Shown piece after piece: positions 15,728 to 28,632 of a stretch of DNA of 64,000 bases. Position 1 is the stretch's first letter. Each line of letters starts with the position of its first letter. Under the pieces are notes generated by a model. That model saw nothing but the letters and a program-made list of their open reading frames with translations. It searched no databases and was not told where the DNA came from. The stretch is from Chrysomallon squamiferum (Eukaryota; Animalia; Mollusca): the NCBI GenBank assembly GCA_012295275.1, contig CM022677.1:20212001-20276000 (forward strand), in the 5' to 3' direction. The position numbers were made by a program, and so were the translations under genes.

Positions 15728-17809
15728 AGATAGATAAGATAGATAGATAGAATACATAGATAGATACACTGGTTACTATACTACATCCCTTTACATATAT
15801 AAAAATAGATATAAATAATAATGATAATGATGATGATGATATCAATAAAAAATACTATTGATAATATTAGTAATGATAATGATGACGATGATGATGGTAA
15901 CCGTAATAAAAATAACGATAATGGTAAGAACAATGATGATGATGATGATGGTAACAATAATGATAGTAATAATGTTAATAATAATATCGATAACAATAGC
16001 AAAAAGACAATAACAATGAAGCCAGGTAGGTAAGACTTACCTCTGAGGTGAGTACTACAAACTTGCGAGGTGGGTCTATGTGCTGGGTGAGGACAGCAGG
16101 TGGGTCAGGTCTCTGATCCCCCCTCCCCCTCCACCTCTCTGACAGAGTTGTTGTCAGACTCGGATCTTCAAACACGGCCTTCGTCTTTCCGTCAACTGGC
16201 AAAATATTCTGAAAAAAAAAGAGAAAAATAAAATAAAATAAAATAAAATAAAACGAAACGAAAAATAATTAATTAAAAATAGAAATATAGACAAAAGTAA
16301 ATAAATAATAATAAAGAATAAAAAGAGAGAAAAAAAAAAGGAGAAGAAATAAATAAATAAATAAAATTTTTTTTTTTAAAAATTGAAAAAATAAATTTAA
16401 AAAAATAAGTAATTAAATAAACAAAAAAGAAATAAGCATAAAGAAAATACAGTTTAGAAATCAAGTCAGATACTGAAATTACAGAATGAAATAAATAATG
16501 CACATCAAAAATCTAAATATATAAATAAATAAATAGATACGATAAAAACATTCCAAAAAATCTAATATTAAGTTGTTTGTCATCAGATTTATATCAAATG
16601 ACAAAGTAAACAGTATAATCACGTCTCAATTCTTCTTTAAATGATATACAACTTAAGCTGTGTTTTTAAGATTTATTTAACGTTTGGCAACAGTTATATT
16701 GGCCTGTTAGTTATTTATGATACTTGACAGGGTCCTCCTTTTAAGGCATAGTGTTCAGTTTACATCCTGGGTTTTTTTTTTTTTTATTCACCAATTAATT
16801 ATTTGGCGTATTCCTGGTGGATGAAATTAAATCATAAACATAATTTATACAGAACCACAGTTTGCAAAATATTTTCATATTCATCACCTGTAATTCCATC
16901 AACTTTTTTTTAAAAGAAATCTCTATTACAAAAAAACATCATTACATTCATTTGTAAAAATGATGAATTATGGAAACCATGTAGTATAAATATCGTTAAC
17001 GACAGAACCAAACAAGGTAAACGTGTCTCAGTGACGATACCTGTATTTCCATCAGCTGTTTTCTGAACGGGAACGAGTCCTGGCCGACGCCCCACAGCAG
17101 GTCATTGTCCTCTCCCCGGGAGGCAACCAGCAGCAGTGAGCCTGAAACAAAACAATCTTTAAACTGCAAAAAACAATCTTTAAACTGGAACAAAACAATC
17201 TTTAAACTGCAAAAAACAATCTTTAAACAGGAACAAAACAATCTTTACTGCAAAAAACAATCTTTAAACTGCAAAAAACAATCTTTAAACAGGAACAAAA
17301 CAATCTTTAAACAGGAACAAAACAATCTTTAAACAGGAACAAAACAATCTTTAAACAGCAAAAAACAATCTTTAAACTGCAAAAAACAATCTTTAAACAG
17401 GAACAAAACAATCTTTAAACTACAAAAAACAATCTTTAAACAGGAACAAAACAATCTTTAAACAGGAACAAAACAATCTTTAAACAGCAAAAAACAATCT
17501 TTAAACAGGAACAAAACAATCTTTAAACTGCAAAAAACAATCTTTAAACAGGAACAAAACAATCTTTAAACTGCAAAAAACAATCTTTAAACTGCAACCG
17601 GAACAAAACAATCTTTAAACTGCATCAGGAACAAAACAATCTTAAAACTGCAACAGGAACAAAACAATCTTTAAACTGCATCAGGAACAAAACAATCTTT
17701 AAACTGCATCTTTAGCAATGTACGCAAACGGTCTAAATATTAAAACAGCTTTTTGTTGTAAACTATATTAAAATGAGCCATTCTCTCTGCCTTTCTGTCT
17801 GTCCCTATC

Positions 17810-17847
<38 letters not shown>

Positions 17848-17967
17848 ACACACCTATCTGTTAATCTGTCTAATCATCTATCTAGCTGTCTGTCTGTCTG
17901 TCTGTCTCTCTGTCTATCTACATTAATTACCTTTTTTTGTAATAAGTCACGTGAATGCTCTGTATAG

Positions 17968-17998
<31 letters not shown>

Positions 17999-20900
17999 AG
18001 TGTATCTATCTCTTTATTTATCTGTCTGTCTGTCTGTTTCTCTACCTACATTAATTACCTTTCTTGTAGTAAGACATGTGAACATTCTGTATGGGTCTGC
18101 TTATGATGGAGGGAGATGAAAAGCCGGGGGGGAGACGAACATGAACCAGATTCAACAAACATGGCTGCCGAACTGCAGTGTTCAGTGGAGATGTAGTAAA
18201 ATAAAACCTGACACCTGGAAAATAATTTCAAAAATAAATAAATAAACAAATAAATTAAAGAACAAATAAATAAATAAATAAATGAGTAAATTAAAAAAAA
18301 AAAAAAAAAAAATCTATTCTAAACTAAACTAAAACAAAACAAAACTAACATGTAGATTAAAAATCTGATGTTGTTATGGCAACCAGATAACAAAATAAAA
18401 AGTAAAACTATTTTATCAACTTGATGTTGCTGCGGCTATTAGAAATTTAAATAAAAATAAAAACATTTTCTTTACCTTAAGATTTCTATGGCTTCGAGAT
18501 ATATAAATAAGAGCAAAAAATTTTAATATTTTTTTTCTAATCCTGATATTAACTAAATATATAAATAAAAATAAAAAATGTTTTCTTTACATTAGATTTC
18601 TATGACTGAGATTTCTAAATAAGAGTAAATTTTATTATTTTTAAACCTGATATTAATTAAATGTATAAATAAAAGTAAAAAAATGTTTTATTTACCTGTG
18701 GTTGTTATGGCTACCAGGTGTATATTCATGGAATCTTTTTTAGTGAGAGCAGAGATGTGCACTATTGAACCAAAGTGTGATTGATCTACAGAACTGATGA
18801 AATGAAACCACAATTAAATGTTAGGCAAAGATAAATAAATAAATTAATAAACTAACGAAATGATTTGAAGAATACATTTTTTAATTTAAACATTAATCTT
18901 TTTAAGTCCTGAAAATAAAGAGACCACAAAGAATATAAAGAAAAATGACTGAAAAATAAATAAACAGAAAAACAAATGAAATAAATAATAATAAAATAAT
19001 AATAATAAGAAGAAGAAGAAGAAGAAGAAGAATGAAAATAAAAATAAAAATAAAAATAAAATGTTTGTATACCTAACCAGTTTGGATGCAGTGTTTAGAA
19101 CTGAATGCGACGGCAAAACCGAAACTTTGATCAAATCTTGTCCATCAGCTCCTAAATCATAAACCTTCAAAAACAAAAAACAAAAAAAATCATTAAAAAA
19201 ATCCAAATAACATAAATAAATAAAAATAAACAATCATACCACTGGCTCAGAAACCCTTGTCCAAAATTCCAAAATATGAAACATTTTCTGAAATATTGAT
19301 ATCTTACAGTTTTCCAGGTTATTTTAAAATGTCAACTTTATTTAATCAGCCACAACTTTATTAAAAGTATTATACAGAAGATCTTGCAGACTAGTTGTAT
19401 AAACTCTGCATGAAATATAAACTGAATTTGTGTTTAGACTTAGATCCTACCCTCAAGCAATCGCCTTATATTCTAAAATCCTGGTTTAAAATTGAGAGTT
19501 AAGTGTTATTTTATGGATTTCGGAAATTCAGGTATAATGTTGTAACTTACAAACAGAGTTCCTTTTTCTGATCTTGTGTAGAGAATGTTTCTAGAACTGT
19601 CCACACTGATTTGAACAAGAGCATCTGAAAAATGAATAAAGAGTTAAAAAATTAAAAAAAATGTACTAGCACTATAAATAATAAAAAAATAAATAACCTG
19701 TAAATAAATACAATGAATTAATAAAATTGAATATATAGAGATAACGAAAAAAATGTACCTGCACAATAAATAATAAAAAATAAGTTACTGATAAATAATA
19801 AATAATTGAAAATATAAATAAATAAATAAATAAAAATATAAAAATATAAATAAATAAATAATGAAAAAAAGAAATAAAATGAATAGTTTCAAAAAAAGAT
19901 ATTCAAGCACATTTTTTTTATATTTGTGCCAGCAGATCAACAAATTATAACAAAACTTAGATACAACTGTAAAATTAGCAAACACTGAAAAAAAAAAAAA
20001 TAAAAATAAAGTAAAAATAAAATAAATATAATTATATTAAAAGAAGTCTCCCAAAACATCAATGAACCATTATACAAATATTTACTAAAACTTCTGTTGA
20101 TGTGACTTAGATCAAAACTGTAAAAATGAGCAAATACTGATAAAAAAAAGAAAAAGAAAAAAAAAACGGTTTCTCTTACCATCCTCGCTGAAGCTAAAGT
20201 TGAAAATTGAGGAAACAAACAATGAAAACATTCGCGTAGAATGATTTATCTTCTTGCACTGCGAACCAAACCAACTCTTTGTTGTCTGAAAAAAATATAA
20301 TAATAATAAATAATAATAGTAATAATAATAATTATAATAATATACATAAATGAAATATAAATCATCCATCAATCAAAATTCACTTTAGTAGTTGACGAAA
20401 GCCAGCAAAAAAACTGAGATTAGTAAAAAAAAATATGTTAACATTTTACTATTATGTACTGATCCCTGAAATATTAAAAACTGGAAGAATAAAAGTAAAA
20501 TCTCTCTCTCTCTCTCTTCTTTATCTTTAGTTTTATCTCTTTATCCCCCCTCCTCCCCTCCCTTTTTCCATCTGGTTACTTCTCTCTCTCTTGTGCTTGT
20601 ATGTTTGGTTCACACTGATTTAAGAAAACACACCCTGACTTAACAGCCAATGTATTTAAAAATCAAACTATAAACACCATAGGCCAGTTTTAACATTTAT
20701 AACTTAATGTTCACACACACACACTTTTATAACTGTTTTATTACTGGTAAGCAAAGATACTACTAAAAATGACACAAATATTTTTAACATTTTTGAATTT
20801 AATACATTTGCTTTATAAGTATTATAATTCTAAAGATGCTAATGATATAAGTAGTTTTAAAATGTTTAATTTAATATTTTTATATTATTCATGTTTTATT

Positions 20901-23900
20901 CTGGGGAAACAAAATGATGTATTTACACAGTGCATGTTAAAAAAAAAAAAAAAAAAAAAAAAGAGATGACACCAGAAAGAAGCATAAAAAACAAGTAAAA
21001 TGTTTTTTTTGTTTTTTTTTACCTGGTAGACTAGTTCATACAGACAGCCATCTTTGCCTGCCATGAAGATTCGACCGGTGTCTGTTCCGCAGATGAAAGT
21101 GAAATATGTGTTGTCAGTGGAAACGACAAACAGAGGCGAAGGTAACAGATGCATCTCCTCGTCACAATTACCTGTAACACTACCTGAAACAAATAATTAA
21201 AAATTAAAATTAAAATTAAAAATCCCGTTATGCTAGATGATTGCTTGTACCTGAAACAAATAATTAAAATTTTTTTTTTTTTTTTTTTTTTTAAAATCCT
21301 GTTATGCTAGATGATTATTCGTTTGGCATTATTAACAAAGCTGTTTATGTTAAATACAAAATAAATAAACTGAAGTATTTTGATTATGTAATATTCTTTG
21401 TCTTTATTAATTAAATGAGTATGAACTGTTTTACTCATAAAGCTACGTTAAAATGATTTCTTCTTCATCAGTGAACAATCAGACTGGGGTGAATCATCTC
21501 TCAGATTTCTGTTATCATCTGTCATCTGAGGGACTAAGTGTCTCCCTTCCAGTAGTTTGTCTAAACTCTATCTACATCAGTGGAGGTCCATTTTAGTCTA
21601 GCCTCAACCGTTTTAGTCTAGTCTCTACTCTTTTAGTCTGATCTCTATGTTTTAGTCTAGTCTCTACTCTTTTAGTCTGATCTCTATGTTTTAGTCTAGT
21701 CTCTATGTTTTAGTCCAGTTTCTGTGTTTTAGTCTAGTCTCTACCCTTTTAGTCTAGTCTCTATGTTTTAGTCTGGTCTCTGTATTTTAGTCCAGTCTAT
21801 ACTCTGTCTGGTCTCAACTCTTTTAGTCTAGTGGCTACCATTTTAGTCAAGTCTCTTTGCTCTTTGTCTAGTCTCAACTCTTTTAGTCTAGTGGCTACCA
21901 TTTTAGTCAAGTCTTTGCTCTTTCACCAAACCCCAGCTTGGCAAATCCACGACAGGGGCTGTAGCTGCAGCTGCTGCTGCTGCTGATGCTGCAGTTGTCA
22001 AGGACACTGACAGGTGCAGGCTACCTCACCATGGCAAGAAATGGATCACGAGGAAAAGGCAGATGACAGAAACATTTATATTGACTACTTAAATCCTTCA
22101 CCTGATACTGCAAGATGCTAAGAAATGAATCATTTGCTGTGAATTAATTAACACTTTAAATATTTCACTGAGACGACGAAGCCATTGTACCATGTCAAGG
22201 GATGGATTATGAAGCAGCAGCAGCAGGTAATTATATTAATTATTAATTATTTAAGTATTTCACTAAGACGAACAAGCTAACTCAAGATGTCGTGAAATGG
22301 GACAAAATTTACCAAGGAGACAATTAAAATCTTTATATTATTTAAATCGTGCAAGCCACCTCAAGACTGCAAGGAACTGACCATAATATTCCAGCAGACA
22401 ACTGAACTCTTTATATTAATCATCAGCTGTTTAAATCATTCGCTGAAACGTGCAAGCTAACACAAGGAATGGACAGTGATACACCAGTAGACAACTGAAC
22501 TCTTTATATTAATCATCAGCTGATTAAATCATTCGCTGAAACGTGCAAGCTAACACAAGGAATGGACAGTGATACACCAGATGATGACTGAACACTTCAT
22601 ATTAATGATTAACCAATTAAATCTTTTACAGAATATTTACCATCCGAAGACTTGATGAAAGACACTCCTAGTAGGATTATGTTGACTGGGGTGGCAAGTA
22701 CAAGCAAATATTCAATAACTGGATCAAGTATTCCTGAAAATTATAATCAACATTAGTGTTAATTTGTTAAAAAAGAAAATTTGTGGAGCCATTAGAATAT
22801 TTTTCATTTTTTGTTATATTATTATTTAAATTACTATTATTATTATTAATATTATTATTATTATCATATTTATGTTTCCTTAGCAATGAAATTATGAATA
22901 ATGAAACATTTTTTCACAAAATTTGAGAATTAAACCAAATTTATGTTAATTATTATTTTGAATATTGTTATTATTATTATTATTATATTTCTGTTTCCGT
23001 AACAACGAATAACAAAACACTTAGAGTTTTGAGATTTAAACCAAACCTGGTGTTGGTTTCACAAGTGCTGTACACAGAATAGTTTCCTGCAGCTCGTCAA
23101 AATAGGCTAAATCTGATCTGTAATTGAAAAAAGAACTGTCTTTAAGAAAATTGTTACAAAATGAAAATTTTAAAAATCACACACCTCCACTTACACCCAC
23201 ACAAATATCAGGAATGAAAGACAGACAAGCATGCATGCACGCACACACACTTATGTTAGGAATGACAGGCAGACAGACAGATATTTATAGACTTAAACAC
23301 AAACACCAAAAATACAGACACACTGACACTATTAACTATTCAAAACTTTCACTGACACGAGCAAGCTACCTCACAGTGTCCAGGAATGGACACACACACA
23401 CAGACACACTTAAAGACGTATATACACACACAAAATAACACTTACACATACACACATCAGGAACAAAAAGGTGCACACAGATTATAGCCTTACACACAAA
23501 CCACATCGGGTATGAAAGGCACACAAACAAACATTTATAGACTTACATGTATATACAAACACACAGAGCTCTGAAAATACCCCCACAGATATAAATTAGA
23601 AACAAACACACACATATGTACATCAGGAAAGAAAAATATTTTAAAATTTGTTGTATGTTTTACCCGTCTTCGTATTTCCAAACAAAAATATCACAGTCAA
23701 TGGTGAGCCAGGCTCTTCTGATCTGAGGAAACAAACCCATGAGAAAGGTGCACTGCATTCCTGAGTCACAGGGTAAGGAAAGAGAACTGTGGGCATGTTT
23801 GATAAAACCTGCAGTTTGGTTCTAAACCTTTAACTGAGATTAAATAAACCATAAGATAAAAGTATGTTCTTTACACATTAGTTAATGAAATGAAAATGTT

Positions 23901-25613
23901 TGATAAAACCTGCAGTTTGGTTCTAAACCTTTAACTGAGATTAAATAAACCATAAAAAAAAATAAAACTATATCATGTTCCTAAAGTTTAAGCATTAGTT
24001 AATGAAATGAAAATGTTTGATAATTCTTGCAGTTTAGTTCTAAACCTTTAACTGAGATTAAATAAACCATAAAATAAAATAAAACTATATCATGTTCCTA
24101 AAGTTTAAGCATTAGTTAATGAAATGAAAATGTTTGATAATTCCTGCAGTTTGGTTCTAAACCTTTAACCGAGATTAAATAAGCCATAAAATAAAATAAA
24201 ACTATATCATGTTCCTAAAGTTTAAGCATTAGTTAATGAAATGAAAATGTTTGATAATTCTTGTTGTTTAGTTCTAAACCTTTAACCGAGATTAAATAAA
24301 CCATAAACGATAATTATGATTGGAGAACAAAATAAAAAAAAATAAATTGATAAATAAATAAGTGACCCAAACAGAACACAACTTTGAAATATGCAGGATA
24401 AGCACAAACTGTTTATTCATTTTAATAAGACTAAATGTTAAACCATTTTTATATTTCATATCCCCTAGGCCTGCACTCTTTTTAAAAATTATCAAAATAA
24501 TTAACCGAGATCACGTGACAATGATAATTAGAAAAAAAGGATACGCCCAAATTCCTGGACCACTAAGGGGGGCAGGGGGGTCCACTTTGTACTGACAAAT
24601 TCTGCGAGAGAATCTGGACTCATTCCCGCTTCAATCATGTTAGGGTAGTCAAAGTCGTGTACCCCACTCACTGTCACATGTGCTGACAAATAAGTAAGTA
24701 AGTATGTAAGTATATAGAAGTAAGTAAGTAAGTAAACAAGCAAAGAAATAAAAAAAAAATAAAAAATTAAAAAATTAAATAAATAAATATATATATATAT
24801 ATCTGCATGTGTATGAATGCGTATGTTTTAGGCTATATGAATGCATGTATGTATATATCATCATATGCATGTATTTATTTATGTATGTATGTTACTTGGT
24901 ATATATATATATCTGTGTGTGTGTGTTTCTGTCACAGTAGCAGACAGACACTGACCCAAGTTGCAATAGAAAGATTGTTTGATGTGACTAACAGCTAATG
25001 GGTATCATTTTCATTGTTTAATTAAAATGAAACTTTAAGTGACTAGAGATCCCACAGCCAGTATCACTGCAGTCCGAGCCAACCCACTTTGTGTCTAGGA
25101 GGAATTTCAACAGCAGCAGTTAAATTAATTATTGTGTAGGCCATGTTTTCACTGTGTAGATCATTTTTTCACTGTGTAGGTCATGTTCTGATTGTGTAGA
25201 TCAAAATACACTGTACAGATTTATGTCTCAAAATCAATAAGGTGGAAACTGAACATAACGACAGGAAGGCAAGATGGCTGTAACTTAAAAATGGTTTCAA
25301 GTCATATATGTATATATCTTTCTTCTTCATGATAAAACACTGTTTATTCAGACATTTTCACTTCATTCTAAATCACACGGTGAAAATCACAAAAAGATTT
25401 GTTAAGAATTTTTAAAATTTAAATAATTTAATACAAAAAAAAAAAAATAATAATAATTTGTGTGTACTCACTGTGGTCATTAACATCCAGCATCTGAGAC
25501 AAGTCCAAGTACTGGTCATCTTCTGACAAGTGTTTGTCCAGCAGACGACACGCACTTTCCAGAATGTTCTCATGGGTCAGTGGGGGTAGACCCATTCCCA
25601 ACATAGAGGCCAT
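189..25613 (-). CDS. NUP155: Nuclear pore complex protein Nup155, multi-exon, 3' part continues beyond the left edge of the window
   Basis: Exons with GT..AG ends and consistent phases: 25472-25613, 24545-~24683, 23664-23760, 23047-23117, 22641-22733, 21023-21183, 20180-20285, 19551-19624, 19073-19164, 18696-18793, 18059-18214, 17041-17141, 16041-16208, 15549-15659, 14653-14836, 13863-13952, 12796-12958, 11501-11561, 10983-(11073 or 11185, ambiguous), 10452-10525, 9008-9141, 8561-8620, 5449-5580, 4746-4820, 3535-3731, 2080-2227, 1235-1339, 189-343. The peptides match Nup155 in the expected order: [164 protein letters not shown]. Confidence 0.96.
344..960. repeat. 39-bp tandem repeat made of the Nup155 3' splice-site region
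   Basis: Unit ctgtgaagtagtgagtttaatgtttttattcaagtgtat. It starts exactly at the acceptor of exon 189-343 and decays with distance. Confidence 0.9.
2250..2900. repeat. ~78-bp intronic tandem repeat
   Basis: About 6 good copies of taactcacagcaagatttcttttatctg...gagactgggataccactatattt, then degenerate copies. Confidence 0.85.
3830..4560. repeat. Composite tandem repeat with (CA)n spacers
   Basis: Recurrent gacagacatattaacagttaaatat(cagtatctgaaatat) separated by variable CA runs. Confidence 0.85.
5598..7200. repeat. 41-bp minisatellite next to a Nup155 acceptor
   Basis: Unit gtctgaagtaacatctagtgtctgtgttattatataaatat. It is homogeneous to about 6480 and drifts afterwards. Confidence 0.92.
7290..8465. 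repeat. 44/45-bp minisatellite
   Basis: Unit gtatgtgtacttacatgtagacaatatttataacagaactccaag, about 26 copies. It explains the 15-aa periodic ORFs. Confidence 0.93.
9840..10380. repeat. ~74-bp intronic tandem repeat
   Basis: Unit gactatttctttgtatcatagtactcttttaaatgaaggtacagcaaaacaaggaagtatagacaatatattta, with degenerate flanking copies. Confidence 0.8.
17145..17710. repeat. 21-23-bp tandem repeat abutting a Nup155 acceptor
   Basis: Alternating aacaatctttaaactgcaaaa and aacaatctttaaacaggaacaa variants, beginning in the polypyrimidine tract of exon 17041-17141. Confidence 0.9.
21590..21920. repeat. ~20-bp degenerate tandem repeat
   Basis: Recurrent ttttagtctagtctcta. Confidence 0.75.
23761..24544 (-). 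other. U12-type (minor spliceosome) GT-AG intron in Nup155
   Basis: The 5' end reads GTATCCTTTT (U12 consensus RTATCCTTT). The 3' end reads TTTCCTTACCCTGTGACTCAG, a U12-like branch site about 12 nt from the AG with no polypyrimidine tract between them. Splicing restores ...VQEFG-R-MQC... Confidence 0.88.
23795..24305. repeat. ~117-bp tandem repeat filling the U12 intron
   Basis: 4-5 copies of atgtttgata...gcagtttggttctaaacctttaactgagattaaataaaccata. Confidence 0.85.
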
Positions 25614-26235
25614 TGCTATCTGAAAACTTTGAAAGAAAATACACGTTAACTGATGAATGCAAAATGGGTGATTTAAAAAAAAAAAAAAAGTATTCATCAC
25701 TATGTTATGAAATAAATCTGCTATAAATTTGGTATTATAAACCTTCAATTTTTTTTTTCTTTTTCGGTTTAGAATATTGACATAGTTAAGTGTATTTCCA
25801 TTTCACACGGTGTCGTCTATAAAATAAAGAAGGAAACAAACGAATAGAAGTATTATTAACACTAACAAGTAACATCATTAAACATGCAACATCGTCAAGA
25901 AAACAAAATGTTTTGAGAACTTAATTCGTGTTTCTCTGCAAACAGTTAGTAGGATCAATATCTTCCCTATTTTTATTATTATTATTTTATTATTATTATT
26001 TTATTATTAACAGATTAATAACTGTACTGGAATAAATCATACTTCTGTTGTTATACTGATGTCTGCCTTTGATTTTGATCGACATTACGACAGATTCAGA
26101 GAGTGATGAATGAAACCGAAACCGGCAGATTATAATTTGCCTTGTGAATCTGTTAAACTGACACGGACTGCCAAACAAACAACTATTCAAAGTGTCCAAG
26201 CATTATACAAATGTTATTTATCAATGTATACTTAC

Positions 26236-26330
26236 TCTATAATACGTTCGATCAGCTAAGCATTTGTAATTCAAAAACCCGAACACATTTTCCCCCGCTT
26301 AAGTTTGGTTGTGTTTCCCTCCCAAACATT
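26236..26330 (-). other. Putative non-coding first exon / TSS region of Nup155
   Basis: The first coding exon has a tttcag acceptor 6 nt before the ATG (25620-25625), so an upstream exon is expected. A minus-strand GTAAGT donor lies at 26235-26230. The 5' boundary is a guess. Confidence 0.45.
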
Positions 26331-27511
26331 TGAAGCACTAGCAATAGGTGTAGCGTCTTGTTTTTAATTTTGATAATAATACACTGTATTTTAACATATA
26401 TTCCATAATTTTATACACAATATTTCATGTTATTTAAATGCATGATTATATGTCTGACGTTGGGTCAGTTACTGATTTGTGTTGTTTCTATCAGTGTTAT
26501 TTATTAATGTTCGTTTTGTTTTAAGTATATATATATATATATATATATATTCGAATAAACCTTTCTGCTATATACACGCAGACGACTTGAACATAAGCGA
26601 ATAGCGTATCCAAACGTCACAGTTAAGATCATTAAAAAATCTCACTAAGTTAAAACTTAAAAACGGAGATCTTCAGGGATATTTATTTATTTATTTATAT
26701 AAATATTTTATGTAATGAGGGCACTTGCTTTATTGCAAGTGAATAATTTGTTTCCAGTGAAGAACATCTGTCCCCCAGTGAAGTCTCTGTAGACTCAATA
26801 CTTTATCACAGATTTCGTAAAATTAATCAATAAAAGTTATTATTGTTGTTGTTGTCACAGATATCTGGCAGATAGAGAGAAATATGCATGTACGTATGTA
26901 CTTATGTGTGTATGTGTGTGTTTATATGTAAGATTACGAAGACTAATTAACAAAAAGATAAATTTATTTACAAACATATAAATACAGCGATAGATATATG
27001 AAACACAGAAAAATATAAAAAATATATTTCACATGAATATATTCAGTAATGAAAGCAGCCTCGTTCTACTATATTTTATAAAATACATATTTATTAAAAT
27101 ATACACACACCCACACACAACATTCAGATTTTCTTTTTTAGTGCTTAATCGCTGATTTAGATCTCAAAATGGTCTTCTAGAGAAATGGTTTTCATTTTAA
27201 AAAATTACAAATAAATTGTTATTTAAGAAGTAATATGATTTGATGTATAATTCCTTTTAGGTGCTTAGTTGTAAACAAAAACAGTAAATTTCAATTTGTG
27301 TTTATTTATTTGTTTGTTTATTTATTTTGCATTATTTAGGACTGTAGGATAAAAGAAATAACTGGTTTACTTTTTTTTAATAAATAAATCAACTTTATCC
27401 TGCTAAGGGACTAACCAGCTATTCCTTAGTTTTATATATATATATATATTACGTATATACATGACGTATATAGATGACGTCAGTAATAAGATACAAAAAT
27501 GCGCCGTCTCG

Positions 27512-27619
27512 TCAGTTTGAAAATACGGTTTCAATGTGGCTTTCGCTTACTGCATTGTAAGCCACATTCACTTGTCCTTGCATCTCTTGTCTGTCCACTT
27601 TAACACGGTTTACGTGACT

Positions 27620-27665
<46 letters not shown>

Positions 27666-27986
27666 TGATGATGACGATGATAATAACAACAACAACAACA
27701 CAGATAATATCTATAATAATGGTAATAATAATGACAACAGTAACAATAATTTTATACTAGTAGTAATAGTAGCAGCAGTGGTAGTAGTAGTAATAATAAT
27801 AATAATCATAATAATAATAATAATAATATAATAATAAGAAGAAGAAGAAGAAAAAGAAGAAGAAGAAGAAGAAGAAGAAGAAAAAGAAGAACAACAACTA
27901 CAACACTGATAATAATATCTATAATAATGTTATAATAATAACAATAACGATAATTTTAAAATAGTAGTGGTAGTAGAAGCAGTAAA

Positions 27987-28026
<40 letters not shown>

Positions 28027-28342
28027 TGATAATAGGTAGAAAGAAAGTGGAAAGGAACCATGAAAGAGCGAAAGTAGGAGGAAAACAGGAAAGAAAAAAG
28101 AAAAAGGAAGACAGAAAAGACAGAGAATATAAAACAGGAAAGACAGAAAATAGCAGGGAAACGCGAAGGACAAAGTAGTAGGAAAATACGAAATACAGAA
28201 ATAGATGGAAATTAGGAAAGACAGAAAACTGAAGTGAAACATGAGGACAGAAAGTAGAAGGTAAACACGAAAGACAGAAAGTAAAACGAACACAGGAAAG
28301 ACTGAATGTAGTAGAAGAACGTTGCAAACATGAAAAGAAGTA

Positions 28343-28387
<45 letters not shown>

Positions 28388-28577
28388 TCTGCTCTTACCC
28401 ACATATTGCTGTTATAGCAAAAGAACCCAGTACAAGAAAAATGATACTTATTCCTAAAATTAAATCCCTGGTAGATCGGTTTCCGCCTGTGTGAGAGAAT
28501 TTGTTAGAACGTGAAAGTTGTGTGTGTGTGTGTGTGTCTGTTACGATAAAAAAAAAAAAAAAAAAAAAAAAAAACAG

Positions 28578-28632
<55 letters not shown>

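Noticed and set aside
17031-17040. Nup155 donor GTATCGTC as a second U12 intron
   Set aside because: It deviates from RTATCCTT at +6, and the acceptor end has an ordinary poly-T tract with no U12 branch motif.
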